NCBI GenBank assembly: GCA_937890765.1
Contig: CALADQ010000012.1
Coordinates: 29,043 to 61,042, forward strand
Length of the DNA stretch: 32,000 bases
Source: an uncultured Candidatus Neoarthromitus sp.
GTDB lineage: Bacteria > Bacillota > Clostridia > Clostridiales > Clostridiaceae
Reading direction: 5' to 3'
Both the position numbers and the translations under genes were made by a program. Shown here piece by piece: positions 1-9,144 of this stretch. How positions within the stretch are numbered: position 1 is the first letter of the stretch; each line of letters opens with the position of its first letter. Below the pieces are notes generated by a model. It worked only from the letters and a program-made list of their open reading frames with translations. It was not told where the DNA came from and ran no database searches.

Positions 1-1409
1 AATATCAACCAGCGGTTCACAAATACACAGAAGAATTATTTGGAAAAGGTTTTGTGTTTAGAGCTGGAACAATCGGAACGATAGCTGAAAAAACTGCTTA
101 TGGATACGTAAAAAGATATATGGAAGATTTTAATTTAAGTATTCCTCAACCTGAGATTGAAAGATTAGCAAAAGGTTTAACGGGCGTTAAAAGAACAACA
201 GGACAACATCCTGGTGGAATTATGGTTGTGCCAAAAGACAATGATATATTTAATTTCACGCCAATACAACATCCTGCTGATGATGTTAATGTTGATGTAA
301 TTACAACTCATTTTGATTATCATTCGATTAGCGGACGACTTTTAAAATTAGATATACTTGGACATGACGATCCCACTATGTTAAAAATGCTAAAAGATTT
401 AACGGGGCTTGACCCACAAACAATTCCTCTTAATGATTCAAAAGTTTTAAGTTTATTTACAAGTTTGAAAGCGTTAGATATTAAAGAAGATGAGATTAAA
501 GATATTTGTGATGTTGGGACTTTGGGAATTCCAGAATTCGGAACAAAATTTGTCAGACAAATGCTTTTAGACACTCTTCCAACAACTTTTTCTGATTTGG
601 TGAGAATTTCTGGTTTGTCTCACGGAACTGACGTGTGGCTTAATAACGCTCAAGAATTTATAAAAAATGGAAACACGACGCTTAAAGATTGTATTTCTAC
701 ACGTGATGATATTATGGTTTATTTGGTTTACAAAGGGCTCAATCCTAAAACAGCTTTTGACATTATGGAAAATGTGAGAAAAGGTAAAGGGCTTACGGAA
801 GAACAAGAAAACATAATGTTAGAAAATAAAATTGAAAAATGGTACATTGAATCTTGTAAAAGAATAAAGTACATGTTTCCAAAAGGGCATGCTGTTGCTT
901 ATGTAACTATGGCTGTGAGAATTGCTTATTACAAAGTTTATTATCCTTTGGAATATTACACGGCTTATTGCACCGTGCGTGCTGATGAGTTTGATGCTGA
1001 TTTAATTTGCAACGGAATCGAAAAAATAAAATCAAGAATAAATGAATTGAAATCTTTGGGCTCAGCTTTAACTCAAAAAGATAAAAGTCTTATGACAATT
1101 TTGGAAATCGTAAGTGAAGCTTACTTTCGTGGAATAAAATTTCACAAAGTTGATTTAAATAAATCTCATCACAATGATTTTAAAATAGAAAATGGAATGA
1201 TTCTTCCTCCAATAAAATCTTTGCAAGGTGTTGGAAGCATGGCGGCAAAAAATTTGTACGAAGCACGACAAGATAATGATTTCATTTCACTACAAGATTT
1301 GAAGTCGAGAGCAAAAGTTTCAAAAACTGTAATTGAAACGTTGAAGGCACATGGATGTATAGAAAATTTACCAGAAACAAATCAAACGATGATGAATTTG
1401 GATTTTTAA
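1..1409 (+). CDS. polC: DNA polymerase III PolC-type alpha subunit, C-terminal part (5'-truncated by window edge)
   Basis: Frame 3 is open from nt 3 ([26 protein letters not shown]...), so the GTG at 54 in the ORF track is not the true start. Conserved PolC C-terminal blocks are present: [74 protein letters not shown]. It sits upstream of rimP-nusA as in Bacillus and Clostridium. Confidence 0.95.
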   Translation, partial: YQPAVHKYTEELFGKGFVFRAGTIGTIAEKTAYGYVKRYMEDFNLSIPQPEIERLAKGLTGVKRTTGQHPGGIMVVPKDNDIFNFTPIQHPADDVNVDVITTHFDYHSISGRLLKLDILGHDDPTMLKMLKDLTGLDPQTIPLNDSKVLSLFTSLKALDIKEDEIKDICDVGTLGIPEFGTKFVRQMLLDTLPTTFSDLVRISGLSHGTDVWLNNAQEFIKNGNTTLKDCISTRDDIMVYLVYKGLNPKTAFDIMENVRKGKGLTEEQENIMLENKIEKWYIESCKRIKYMFPKGHAVAYVTMAVRIAYYKVYYPLEYYTAYCTVRADEFDADLICNGIEKIKSRINELKSLGSALTQKDKSLMTILEIVSEAYFRGIKFHKVDLNKSHHNDFKIENGMILPPIKSLQGVGSMAAKNLYEARQDNDFISLQDLKSRAKVSKTVIETLKAHGCIENLPETNQTMMNLDF

Positions 1410-1424
1410 GTTAAATAATTATAT

Positions 1425-1453
1425 TTGCAATAATTGTTTTAATGTGTTATAAT
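1425..1453 (+). promoter_or_regulatory. Sigma-A type promoter of the rimP-nusA-infB operon
   Basis: TTGCAA (1425-1430), 17-nt spacer, TATAAT (1448-1453), with TG at 1445-1446 giving an extended -10 (TGTTATAAT). Confidence 0.6.
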
Positions 1454-1490
1454 TTTAGAACATGGGCTATTTATTTGTGTTATTGCGTGG

Positions 1491-1526
1491 GAGAGTAGGT
1501 TTCTAGACCTACTCTTCTGTATTTTT
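1491..1526 (+). terminator. Intrinsic terminator-like hairpin (polC terminator and/or rimP-nusA leader attenuator)
   Basis: AGAGTAGGT (1492-1500) pairs with ACCTACTCT (1507-1515) around the 6-nt loop TTCTAG. It is followed by TCTGTATTTTT, an interrupted U-tract. It lies downstream of the promoter at 1425-1453. Confidence 0.6.
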
Positions 1527-1562
1527 AAATAAAATTTTTAGATTTAAAAGAGGAATGTGATT

Positions 1563-2042
1563 TTGAATAATTTAGCAGATTTAGTAAGGAAAAAAATTGT
1601 AAGTTCTGTAAATGATTCAGGTTATGATTTGTATCATGTTGAATTTGTTAGAGAACTTGAACACTCTTATTTGAGAGTAATGATAACGAATAAAAATTGT
1701 GATGATGCTGTTACTATAAAGGATTGTGAAATAGTATCCAAAACAATTAATGCTTTGATAGATGATTTAAATATAGACTCTGATTTTTTTCTCGAAGTAT
1801 CTTCGCCTGGAATTAACAGAAGGTTGTATAATCTTGAACATATGAATCAAGCTATTGGAAAATTAGTTAGAATTAAATTGAAAAAGCCTATCGATGGAAA
1901 TAAAAAATATATGGGCGTTCTAAAATGCGTTGACAACGAAGAGATTACTCTTAAAGTTAAAGAAATGGAGTTAAAAATTAATCTCGATATTATTAAAAAT
2001 ATAAATTTAGAGGAAATATCTCAGGAGGATATTCATGAATAA
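1563..2042 (+). CDS. rimP: Ribosome maturation factor RimP
   Basis: Contains the SSPGINRRL motif typical of RimP, is about 160 aa, and lies directly upstream of nusA with an 8-nt overlap. The start is uncertain. The ORF track uses GTG 1557, but the SD AAGAGGA ends at 1554, so the in-frame TTG at 1563 has better spacing. Confidence 0.85.
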   Translation: MNNLADLVRKKIVSSVNDSGYDLYHVEFVRELEHSYLRVMITNKNCDDAVTIKDCEIVSKTINALIDDLNIDSDFFLEVSSPGINRRLYNLEHMNQAIGKLVRIKLKKPIDGNKKYMGVLKCVDNEEITLKVKEMELKINLDIIKNINLEEISQEDIHE

Positions 2043-3159
2043 AGAATTTATAGATGCGCTTAAGACCATAGTTAAGGATAAAGGAATTAGTGAAGATTTA
2101 ATTTTCACAACTATTGAAGATGCTTTGATAGCTGCCTATAAAAAAAATTATTCAAATCAAGGTGCTTCTCAAAATGTTAAAGTAACAATGAATAGAGTTA
2201 CTGGAGAAATAAAAGTTTTTGCTCAAAAATTAATAGTAGAAGCTATTAGATATTCTTCTCTTGAAATTATAGTTGAAGATGCAAAAAAAATAAGTCCTTA
2301 TTATAACATTGGTGACATTTGTGATGTTGAAGTAACGCCAAAAAGTTTTGGAAGAGTAGCAGCAACTCTCGCTAAGCAAGTTGTAACTCAGAGAATAAAA
2401 GAAGCTGAACGCGATTTGTTATATTGTGAATTTGCAAAAAAGGAATTTAAAATAATCACAGGCACAGTTTTACGAAACGATGAAGACCATGTGTTTATAA
2501 ATATTGGTCGCATTGAAACTATTTTAAGGTCAAGTGACAAAATTCCAAGAGAGAAGTTTGAACGAAATGAAAAGATAAAACTTTATGTTTCTGAAGTAAT
2601 AAATTCTACAAAAGGAACTCAGGTTCGCGTTTCAAGAACGGACCCAAATTTCATAAAAAAATTATTTGAACTTGAGGTAAGCGAAATACAAGAAGGAATT
2701 GTCGAAATTAAAAATATTGTTCGTGAAGCAGGTGCAAGAACAAAAATGGCTGTTCATTCGAATCTTGAAGAAATTGACCCAATAGGTGCTTGTGTTGGTG
2801 AGCAGGGTATGCGTGTTAAAAATGTTGTCAACGAAGTTAGAAATGAAAAAATAGATATTATACGATGGAGTGAAGATCCAAATATTTATATTTCAAATGC
2901 TTTAAGTCCTGCAAAAATTTTAAGCATACATGTTGATGAAAAAAAAAGGATTGCCGATGTAGTTGTTGATGACTCTCAACTTTCTTTAGCCATAGGTAAG
3001 GAAGGACAAAATGTACGTTTAGCTGCTCGTTTAACAGGTTGGAAAATAGATATAAAACCTCTTTCTAAATGTACGGTTGAATTGTCTAACGTCCAAGCGA
3101 AAGTTGTTGAGTGTGAAGAAACTCAAGAAATTGAAGAGGATTCTTTTAATGAAGAATAA
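2035..3159 (+). CDS. nusA: Transcription termination/antitermination factor NusA
   Basis: Shows the N-terminal domain, S1 and two KH regions (GACVGEQGMRVKNV, AIGKEGQNVRLAARLTGWKIDI). AGGAGG lies 8 nt upstream of the ATG. Position is the canonical rimP-nusA-ylxR-infB order. Confidence 0.96.
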   Translation: MNKEFIDALKTIVKDKGISEDLIFTTIEDALIAAYKKNYSNQGASQNVKVTMNRVTGEIKVFAQKLIVEAIRYSSLEIIVEDAKKISPYYNIGDICDVEVTPKSFGRVAATLAKQVVTQRIKEAERDLLYCEFAKKEFKIITGTVLRNDEDHVFINIGRIETILRSSDKIPREKFERNEKIKLYVSEVINSTKGTQVRVSRTDPNFIKKLFELEVSEIQEGIVEIKNIVREAGARTKMAVHSNLEEIDPIGACVGEQGMRVKNVVNEVRNEKIDIIRWSEDPNIYISNALSPAKILSIHVDEKKRIADVVVDDSQLSLAIGKEGQNVRLAARLTGWKIDIKPLSKCTVELSNVQAKVVECEETQEIEEDSFNEE

Positions 3160-3418
3160 GGGTGTTCTATTAAGAAAATGTATGGGATGCAATGGAATGA
3201 AACATAAAACAAATTTAATACGAATTTGTAGAAATATTTATAATCAAATCGAAATTGATGAAACTTTTAAAGCGGACGGTAGAGGCGCTTACATTTGTAA
3301 AGACAATTTATTATGTTTGGAAAAAAGCATAAAATTTAATAGAATTTCTAGAGCTTTAAAGTCGGAGGTTCCACAAAAGATAGTTACAGAACTAAAAAAC
3401 AAAATTAGAGGAAATTAA
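3149..3418 (+). CDS. ylxR: YlxR/RnpM family RNA-binding protein (DUF448)
   Basis: MKNKGVLLRKCMGCNG...NLIRI and GRGAYIC are the hallmark YlxR motifs. ATG 3149 follows the SD GAAGAGGA (3133-3140) and overlaps the nusA stop. The longer track ORF from 3077 overlaps nusA out of frame. Confidence 0.85.
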   Translation: MKNKGVLLRKCMGCNGMKHKTNLIRICRNIYNQIEIDETFKADGRGAYICKDNLLCLEKSIKFNRISRALKSEVPQKIVTELKNKIRGN

Positions 3419-3444
3419 ATTCATAATTTGGGGAGGTAGATTTT

Positions 3445-5580
3445 ATGTCAAAAATTCGAATTTACGAGTTGGCTAAAGATTTAAATGTATCAAGTAAAGA
3501 GTTGATTAATGTTTTGAAAATGGAATTTAATGTTGATGTTAAAAATCACATGAGTGTTCTTAGTGATGAGGATTGTGAATTGATAAAAGAATATTTTAAT
3601 ATTTCAAATAGCGAAAATTTTTCTTCCAATGAAAATACAAACAAAGACGATGGTGATTTTATTAACAAAGATGATAAAGAAAACAAACAAGATATTGTTC
3701 AAGAATATGAAGATAAAATAATTGAAGAAATAGATAAGCAATCCAACAAAAATAAAAACAAAAATAAAAAACAATTCAAAAACAAATATGATAAAATTCA
3801 CTCTAATGAAATTGAATTTGATGGAACTATAGAAATTGGAAGAACAATTAGTGTTAGAGAATTATCACAAAGAATAAATAAATCAACTGCTGACATAATC
3901 AAAAATTTAATGTTCTTAGGCCTAATGGTTTCTATAAACCAGGAAATTGATTTCGAAATAGCTAAGAAGTTATGTGAAAAATACGATATAAATTGCATTC
4001 AAAAAGATGATTATTCAAATGACGATAAATATGGAACCATTTCTTCTGAAGAAGTTGATATTAAAAATCTATCTAAAAGACCTCCTATTATCACTGTTAT
4101 GGGACATGTTGACCACGGTAAAACCTCCTTACTTGATTTTATTAGAAAAACGGATGTTACACAAAAAGAAGCTGGAGGAATAACTCAACATATAGGTGCT
4201 TATAAAGTTTCTGTAAATGGAGAAATTATAACATTTATTGATACACCAGGACATGAAGCTTTTACTCAGATGAGAGCTAGAGGAGCTAAAGTTACAGATA
4301 TAGTTGTTTTAGTTGTTGCTGCTGATGATGGAATAATGCCACAAACAGTAGAAGCTATAAATCATTGTAAATCCGCTAATGTTCCAATAATAGTTGCTGT
4401 AAATAAAATTGATAAGCCTGAAGCCAATGTTGATAAGGTTAAACAAGAATTGACGGAATATGAAATTATTGCTGAAGATTGGGGAGGAAGTACCGTTTTT
4501 GTTAATGTTTCTGCTAAAACTGGCGAAGGTATAGAAGAACTTTTAGAAATGATTATTTTAACAGCAGATATACAAGAACTTAGAGCTAACAAGTTAGGTA
4601 CTCCTAAAGGTACAGTTATAGAATCTAAACTTGATAAAGGAAGAGGGCCGTTGGCGACTTTCTTAATTCAGGATGGAAGTTTAAAAATTGGTGATTCTGT
4701 TATTGTAGGAAATACATATGGGAAGATTAGGGCTATGTATGATGAAAATGATAATCCTATGAAAGAAGCTGGACCATCAATTCCTGTTTTGGTATTAGGT
4801 TTGAATGAAGTTCCTGATGCTGGTGATAAATTTGAATTTGTTAAGGATGAAAAAGTTGCTCGTCAAATATCAAATGACCGTAAAGAACAATTGAAAGATA
4901 ATTTATCAAATAATTCCAAAGTTTCTCTCGAAACTGTATACAATCAAATTAAAGAGGGAACTATAAAAGAACTGAATCTTATTGTTAAATCAGATGTTCA
5001 AGGATCTTCAGAGGCTTTAAAACAATCACTCGAAAAACTTTCATCAGAAACTATTAAAGTTAAAGTTATACATAGTGCTGTTGGTGCGATAAATGAAAGT
5101 GATATTATATTTGCTAGTACTTCATCAGCGATAATAATAGGTTTTAATGTTAGACCTGATACTAATGCTTTAGCTTTGGCGGAAAAAGAGAAAGTAGACA
5201 TTAGAACTTACAGATTGATTTATGAAGCTTTGGATGATATAAAATCGGCGATGATTGGATTGTTAGATCCTGATATTAAAGAAGTTTATTTAGGACGTGT
5301 TGAAATTAGACAACTATATAGAATTTCAAATGTTGGTACAGTTGCAGGTTGTTACGTTTTAGATGGTAAAATAAATAGAAATTGTAATGTTAGAGTTCTA
5401 AGACAAGGTGTTGTGATTTTTGAATCTAAATTATCCTCTCTTAAGAGATTTAAAGATGATGTTAAAGAAGTTGCTAAGGGTTATGAATGTGGTTTGTCTA
5501 TTGAAAATTTCAATGATTTAAAAGAGGAAGATATTATTGAAGGATTTGAAATGAAAGAATTTAAGAGAAATAACCTTTAA
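3445..5580 (+). CDS. infB: Translation initiation factor IF-2
   Basis: Has the IF2_N helix ([18 protein letters not shown]) and G-domain motifs [20 protein letters not shown] and NKID. The SD GGGAGG lies 9 nt upstream of the ATG. Confidence 0.97.
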   Translation: MSKIRIYELAKDLNVSSKELINVLKMEFNVDVKNHMSVLSDEDCELIKEYFNISNSENFSSNENTNKDDGDFINKDDKENKQDIVQEYEDKIIEEIDKQSNKNKNKNKKQFKNKYDKIHSNEIEFDGTIEIGRTISVRELSQRINKSTADIIKNLMFLGLMVSINQEIDFEIAKKLCEKYDINCIQKDDYSNDDKYGTISSEEVDIKNLSKRPPIITVMGHVDHGKTSLLDFIRKTDVTQKEAGGITQHIGAYKVSVNGEIITFIDTPGHEAFTQMRARGAKVTDIVVLVVAADDGIMPQTVEAINHCKSANVPIIVAVNKIDKPEANVDKVKQELTEYEIIAEDWGGSTVFVNVSAKTGEGIEELLEMIILTADIQELRANKLGTPKGTVIESKLDKGRGPLATFLIQDGSLKIGDSVIVGNTYGKIRAMYDENDNPMKEAGPSIPVLVLGLNEVPDAGDKFEFVKDEKVARQISNDRKEQLKDNLSNNSKVSLETVYNQIKEGTIKELNLIVKSDVQGSSEALKQSLEKLSSETIKVKVIHSAVGAINESDIIFASTSSAIIIGFNVRPDTNALALAEKEKVDIRTYRLIYEALDDIKSAMIGLLDPDIKEVYLGRVEIRQLYRISNVGTVAGCYVLDGKINRNCNVRVLRQGVVIFESKLSSLKRFKDDVKEVAKGYECGLSIENFNDLKEEDIIEGFEMKEFKRNNL

Positions 5581-5598
5581 TAAAATGAGGTGATGTAC

Positions 5599-5949
5599 TT
5601 GGGAAAATTTAGAATGGAACGGGTAAATGAAGAAATAAAAAAGGCTGTTAGTTCATGTATTCAAAATAATTTAAAGAATCCAAAACTCACTGGTTTAATT
5701 ACTGTAACACGTGTTGAAACAACCCAAGATTTTAAGAATTCGAAAATATATTTTAGTATTTTTGATAAAAATAAAAATCAAGTTTTTGAAACTCTTAAGA
5801 CTTGTGTTGGAAAAATGAAAAAAGCTATTGCGGAAAATGTTAAAATACGTTTTGTTCCTGAGCTTGAACTTAAAATTGATGATTCAATTGAATACAGCTT
5901 TTATATTGATGACATTTTGAAAAACAATATAAATAAAGAGGGAAATTAA
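5599..5949 (+). CDS. rbfA: Ribosome-binding factor A
   Basis: Size and position (immediately after infB) fit RbfA, and the N-terminus ...RMERVNEEIKKAVS resembles RbfA (B. subtilis RANRVGEQMKKEL). The SD GAGGTGAT (5587-5594) favours TTG 5599. The track start GTG 5590 lies inside the SD. Confidence 0.85.
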   Translation: MGKFRMERVNEEIKKAVSSCIQNNLKNPKLTGLITVTRVETTQDFKNSKIYFSIFDKNKNQVFETLKTCVGKMKKAIAENVKIRFVPELELKIDDSIEYSFYIDDILKNNINKEGN

Positions 5950-5952
5950 ATT

Positions 5953-6912
5953 ATGGTTTCGTTTGAACAAATTAAAAGCATGGTTAATGATAGTAAAAAG
6001 ATAGGATTAAGTTATCATATTTCTCCAGATGGCGATGCTATTGGAAGTCTTTTGGGTTTATATTGTTCTTTGAAATCTTTGGGTAAAGAAGTTGAAATTT
6101 TTTCAAAAGATAATCTTCAAAATAATGTTTCTTTAAAGTTTTTGCCACAAATTGAAAAAGTTGATGGTAAAATTTTTAAAGTTTCAGATGATGTTGATTT
6201 GTTAATTATCGTTGATTGTGGAAATTTAGAACGAGTATCTTGTGATTTTGATTTAGATAAAACTTCTACGTTGTGCATTGACCATCACATTAGCAATGAT
6301 AAGTATTGCAGATATAACTATATTGATTCAAAATCAAGTTCAACTGGTGAAATAGTATACGAGCTTGTTAAATTTTTGGGTGTTAAAATAACAAAGGAAA
6401 TTTCGGCTTGCATATACACTTCAATTATGACTGATACTGGCGGATTGAGATTTGAATGTTCAACTCCTAAAACTTTCAACATAGTTGGAGAACTTGTTTC
6501 GACGGGTTTTGACTTTTGGAACGTATACGAAAAAATCTTTTTATCTCAAACTTATTCTAAAGTTAGATTGTTAGGTTTGGTTTTTGATAAATTAAAACTT
6601 GTTGATGAAAAAATATGTGTGATACGTTTAACTGAAGAAATGTTTAACAGGTCTGGTGCTAGTGATGAACAAACAAATGATATTGTTAGTCATGGCCTCA
6701 CAATTGAAAATGTTAAAATTAGCATATTGATAAAAGTTTTTAGAGATAAAATTAAGGTGAGTTTGAGGAGTAAGGACGATATTAATGTTTGTGAAGTTGC
6801 CCAAAAATTTGGTGGCGGTGGACACATTAAAGCTGCAGCGTTTGTTACTGAATACACAATGGATGAAATTGAAGAAATATTAATTGGTGAGTTTAGAAAA
6901 CTTTTGAAATGA
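5953..6912 (+). CDS. nrnA: DHH/DHHA1 phosphoesterase, NrnA-like (oligoribonuclease / pAp phosphatase)
   Basis: Carries DHH family motifs (HISPDGDAIGS, VDCGN, IDHHISN) and the DHHA1 GGGGH motif. It is the conserved neighbour between rbfA and truB. Confidence 0.85.
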   Translation: MVSFEQIKSMVNDSKKIGLSYHISPDGDAIGSLLGLYCSLKSLGKEVEIFSKDNLQNNVSLKFLPQIEKVDGKIFKVSDDVDLLIIVDCGNLERVSCDFDLDKTSTLCIDHHISNDKYCRYNYIDSKSSSTGEIVYELVKFLGVKITKEISACIYTSIMTDTGGLRFECSTPKTFNIVGELVSTGFDFWNVYEKIFLSQTYSKVRLLGLVFDKLKLVDEKICVIRLTEEMFNRSGASDEQTNDIVSHGLTIENVKISILIKVFRDKIKVSLRSKDDINVCEVAQKFGGGGHIKAAAFVTEYTMDEIEEILIGEFRKLLK

Positions 6913-7775
6913 TGAATGGAATTTTGAATGTATATAAACCTCAAAATATTTCTTCAAACTCTGTTGTTGTTAAAATTAAAAAAGTTTTGGGTATTAACAA
7001 AGTTGGACACACAGGCACTCTTGACCCTTTGGCTTGTGGTGTTTTGCCTATTTGTATTGGTTCAGCTACAAAAATCAGCGAATATTTAATTGAAAAAGAT
7101 AAAACGTATAAAGTTAAACTTAAATTTGGAATATTAACGGATACATATGATTTTGAAGGTAAAATATTAAAACAAGATTTCAATCTTAAAATTGATGAAA
7201 AAAAATTGAATTGTATTTTAAATAATTTTGTGGGAGAGTATGAGCAAATTCCTCCTAACTTTTCTGCTGTAAAAATAAATGGTAAACGTGCTTACGTTTT
7301 AGCCAGAGCAGGTGAAAGTTTTGAAATAAAGCCTAGGAAAGTAAAAATTTATTCAATAAATAATGTTGATGTGACGGATGATGAGTGTTGTTTTATTGTT
7401 AAATGTTCAAAAGGAACCTATGTTAGAAGTTTGTGTAAAGACATAGGCGAAGCTTTGGGTACTTATGGAACAATGTCTTTTCTTGAAAGAATTGAAAGCG
7501 GGCAATTTAAAAAATGCAATTCAATCAATTTTGAAAATTTATGCGTTGAAAATATTTCACAAAATTTGATTAAGATCGATAAAGTTTTGAATTTTCCAAA
7601 ATTAAAAGTGGACAATCATGAGTTTTTAAAATTAATTTTAAATGGTGTGTGCGTTAAAAATCCCAAATACATTGGAGATGTGGTTTGTGGTAAATATTTT
7701 TTGTATTACGGAGAAGAATTAAAAGGAATTTGTGAAAGGAAATCAGATTTTCTAAAAGTTATTAAAATTTTTTAA
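6909..7775 (+). CDS. truB: tRNA pseudouridine(55) synthase TruB
   Basis: N-terminus NGILNVYKPQNISS plus the catalytic-Asp block GHTGTLDPLACGVLPI. It overlaps nrnA by 4 nt. Confidence 0.93.
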   Translation: MMNGILNVYKPQNISSNSVVVKIKKVLGINKVGHTGTLDPLACGVLPICIGSATKISEYLIEKDKTYKVKLKFGILTDTYDFEGKILKQDFNLKIDEKKLNCILNNFVGEYEQIPPNFSAVKINGKRAYVLARAGESFEIKPRKVKIYSINNVDVTDDECCFIVKCSKGTYVRSLCKDIGEALGTYGTMSFLERIESGQFKKCNSINFENLCVENISQNLIKIDKVLNFPKLKVDNHEFLKLILNGVCVKNPKYIGDVVCGKYFLYYGEELKGICERKSDFLKVIKIF

Positions 7776-7792
7776 ATTAGGGTAATGAATGT

Positions 7793-8716
7793 ATGCAAAT
7801 AATTAATTCTTTACATGAAAAAATAAATGGGAACACTGTGATTTGTATTGGAAATTTTGATGGTATACATGTAGTTCATCAAAAAATTATTTATAAAACA
7901 ATCGAACAAGCTAAACAAAGTTTTTGCAAAAGTATGGTCATTAGTTTTAAGGAACATCCTGTTTCTGTTTTGAATCCTAATAAAAATCAAAAGATGTTAA
8001 TGCCTTTGTCTGAAAAAATAAATATTTTTGAAGAAATGGGCGTTGACTATTTGTCTTTGTATGATTTTAAAGATGTGAGAAATGTTTCTGCAGAATCGTT
8101 CATTGAAAAACTTTCTTTGAATTATAACATGCAGAAAATTATTTGCGGTTTTAATTTTAAGTTTGGTTATAAAAATAGAGGCGATATAAATTTGCTTAAC
8201 AAAATGTCTTTAAAATACAATTATGAAGTTGAAAAATTAGAATCCTTCAAGATGTTTCATAAAAAAGTTAGTAGTACAAAGATTAGAACTTATATTAAAT
8301 ATGGTGAGATAGAAAAGGCAAATGAATTTTTAGGAAGATTTTTTTACATTAAAGGTACGGTTGTAAAAGGAAAACAATTAGGTCGTCAATTAGGATTTCC
8401 GACAGCTAATATGACCTATAATCCTTTTTTTTCTACTCCACAAAATGGCGTGTATGCAACAATAACAGAAGTTAACGAAAAAAAATATTCTTCGATGACA
8501 AACATAGGTTATAATCCAACATTTAAGAATAAATATATTTCTATTGAAACTTATTTATTAAATTTTAATGAAAATTTATATGGAAAAGAAATAAAAGTTA
8601 ATTTTGTGAAAAAATTAAGAAATGAAGTGTTATTCCCTGATGTGCATTCGTTAGTTGACCAACTTTCAAAAGATAAAATGAATGCTTATGAAATTACAAA
8701 AAAATATTTGAAATAA
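7793..8716 (+). CDS. ribF: Bifunctional riboflavin kinase / FMN adenylyltransferase
   Basis: N-terminal nucleotidyltransferase motif GNFDGIHVVHQ. C-terminal riboflavin kinase motifs GKQLGRQLGFPTANM and IETYLLNFNENLYGKEI. Confidence 0.9.
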   Translation: MQIINSLHEKINGNTVICIGNFDGIHVVHQKIIYKTIEQAKQSFCKSMVISFKEHPVSVLNPNKNQKMLMPLSEKINIFEEMGVDYLSLYDFKDVRNVSAESFIEKLSLNYNMQKIICGFNFKFGYKNRGDINLLNKMSLKYNYEVEKLESFKMFHKKVSSTKIRTYIKYGEIEKANEFLGRFFYIKGTVVKGKQLGRQLGFPTANMTYNPFFSTPQNGVYATITEVNEKKYSSMTNIGYNPTFKNKYISIETYLLNFNENLYGKEIKVNFVKKLRNEVLFPDVHSLVDQLSKDKMNAYEITKKYLK

Positions 8717-8809
8717 ATTATATTTTTGTTATACTTATTATTGTAAAACCTTAAACTAGGTTATCGTTTTGTACTTTATCTTGGTTGAAGGCGATTTAGG
8801 AGGATTATT

Positions 8810-9076
8810 ATGATTAATAAAGAAAAAAAACAAGAAATAATTAAAGAATATTCAAGACATGAAAGCGATACTGGTTCTGTTGAAGTTCAAATTGCTTTAT
8901 TAACTAAAAGGATTTCTGAATTAACTGAACATTTGAAGGTACATAAAAAAGATCACCATTCTAGAAGAGGTCTTTTGATTATGGTTGGTAAGAGAAGAGG
9001 TCTTTTAAATTATTTAATGAAACAAGACATTGATAAGTATAGAGATCTTATCAAGAGTTTGGGTATCAGAAGATAG
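8810..9076 (+). CDS. rpsO: 30S ribosomal protein uS15
   Basis: An 88-aa protein with [37 protein letters not shown] lies 6 nt upstream of the ATG. Confidence 0.97.
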   Translation: MINKEKKQEIIKEYSRHESDTGSVEVQIALLTKRISELTEHLKVHKKDHHSRRGLLIMVGKRRGLLNYLMKQDIDKYRDLIKSLGIRR

Positions 9077-9092
9077 TTTAAAAATTTGTGTT

Positions 9093-9124
9093 TTAAGAGC
9101 GGCTGTTAGAATATCCGCTCTTAA
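9093..9124 (+). terminator. rpsO-pnp intergenic stem-loop (probable rpsO terminator or processing hairpin, poor U-tract)
   Basis: TTAAGAGCGG (9093-9102) pairs with CCGCTCTTAA (9115-9124) around a 12-nt loop. Downstream is ATTGTATAG rather than a clean T-run. Confidence 0.55.
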
Positions 9125-9144
9125 ATTGTATAGTTCAAATTTGA

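Noticed and set aside
3077-3148. N-terminal extension of the ylxR ORF in the six-frame track.
   Set aside because: It overlaps the nusA 3' end out of frame. The YlxR family N-terminus (LRKC..C) begins just after ATG 3149, which has its own SD.
3747-3771. A tandem 12-nt repeat (CAAAAATAAAAA x2) and an N/K-rich low-complexity stretch in the infB N-terminal region.
   Set aside because: The IF2 N-terminal linker is variable and compositionally biased in AT-rich genomes. The repeat is in frame, and there is no sign of a CRISPR, contingency locus or mobile element.
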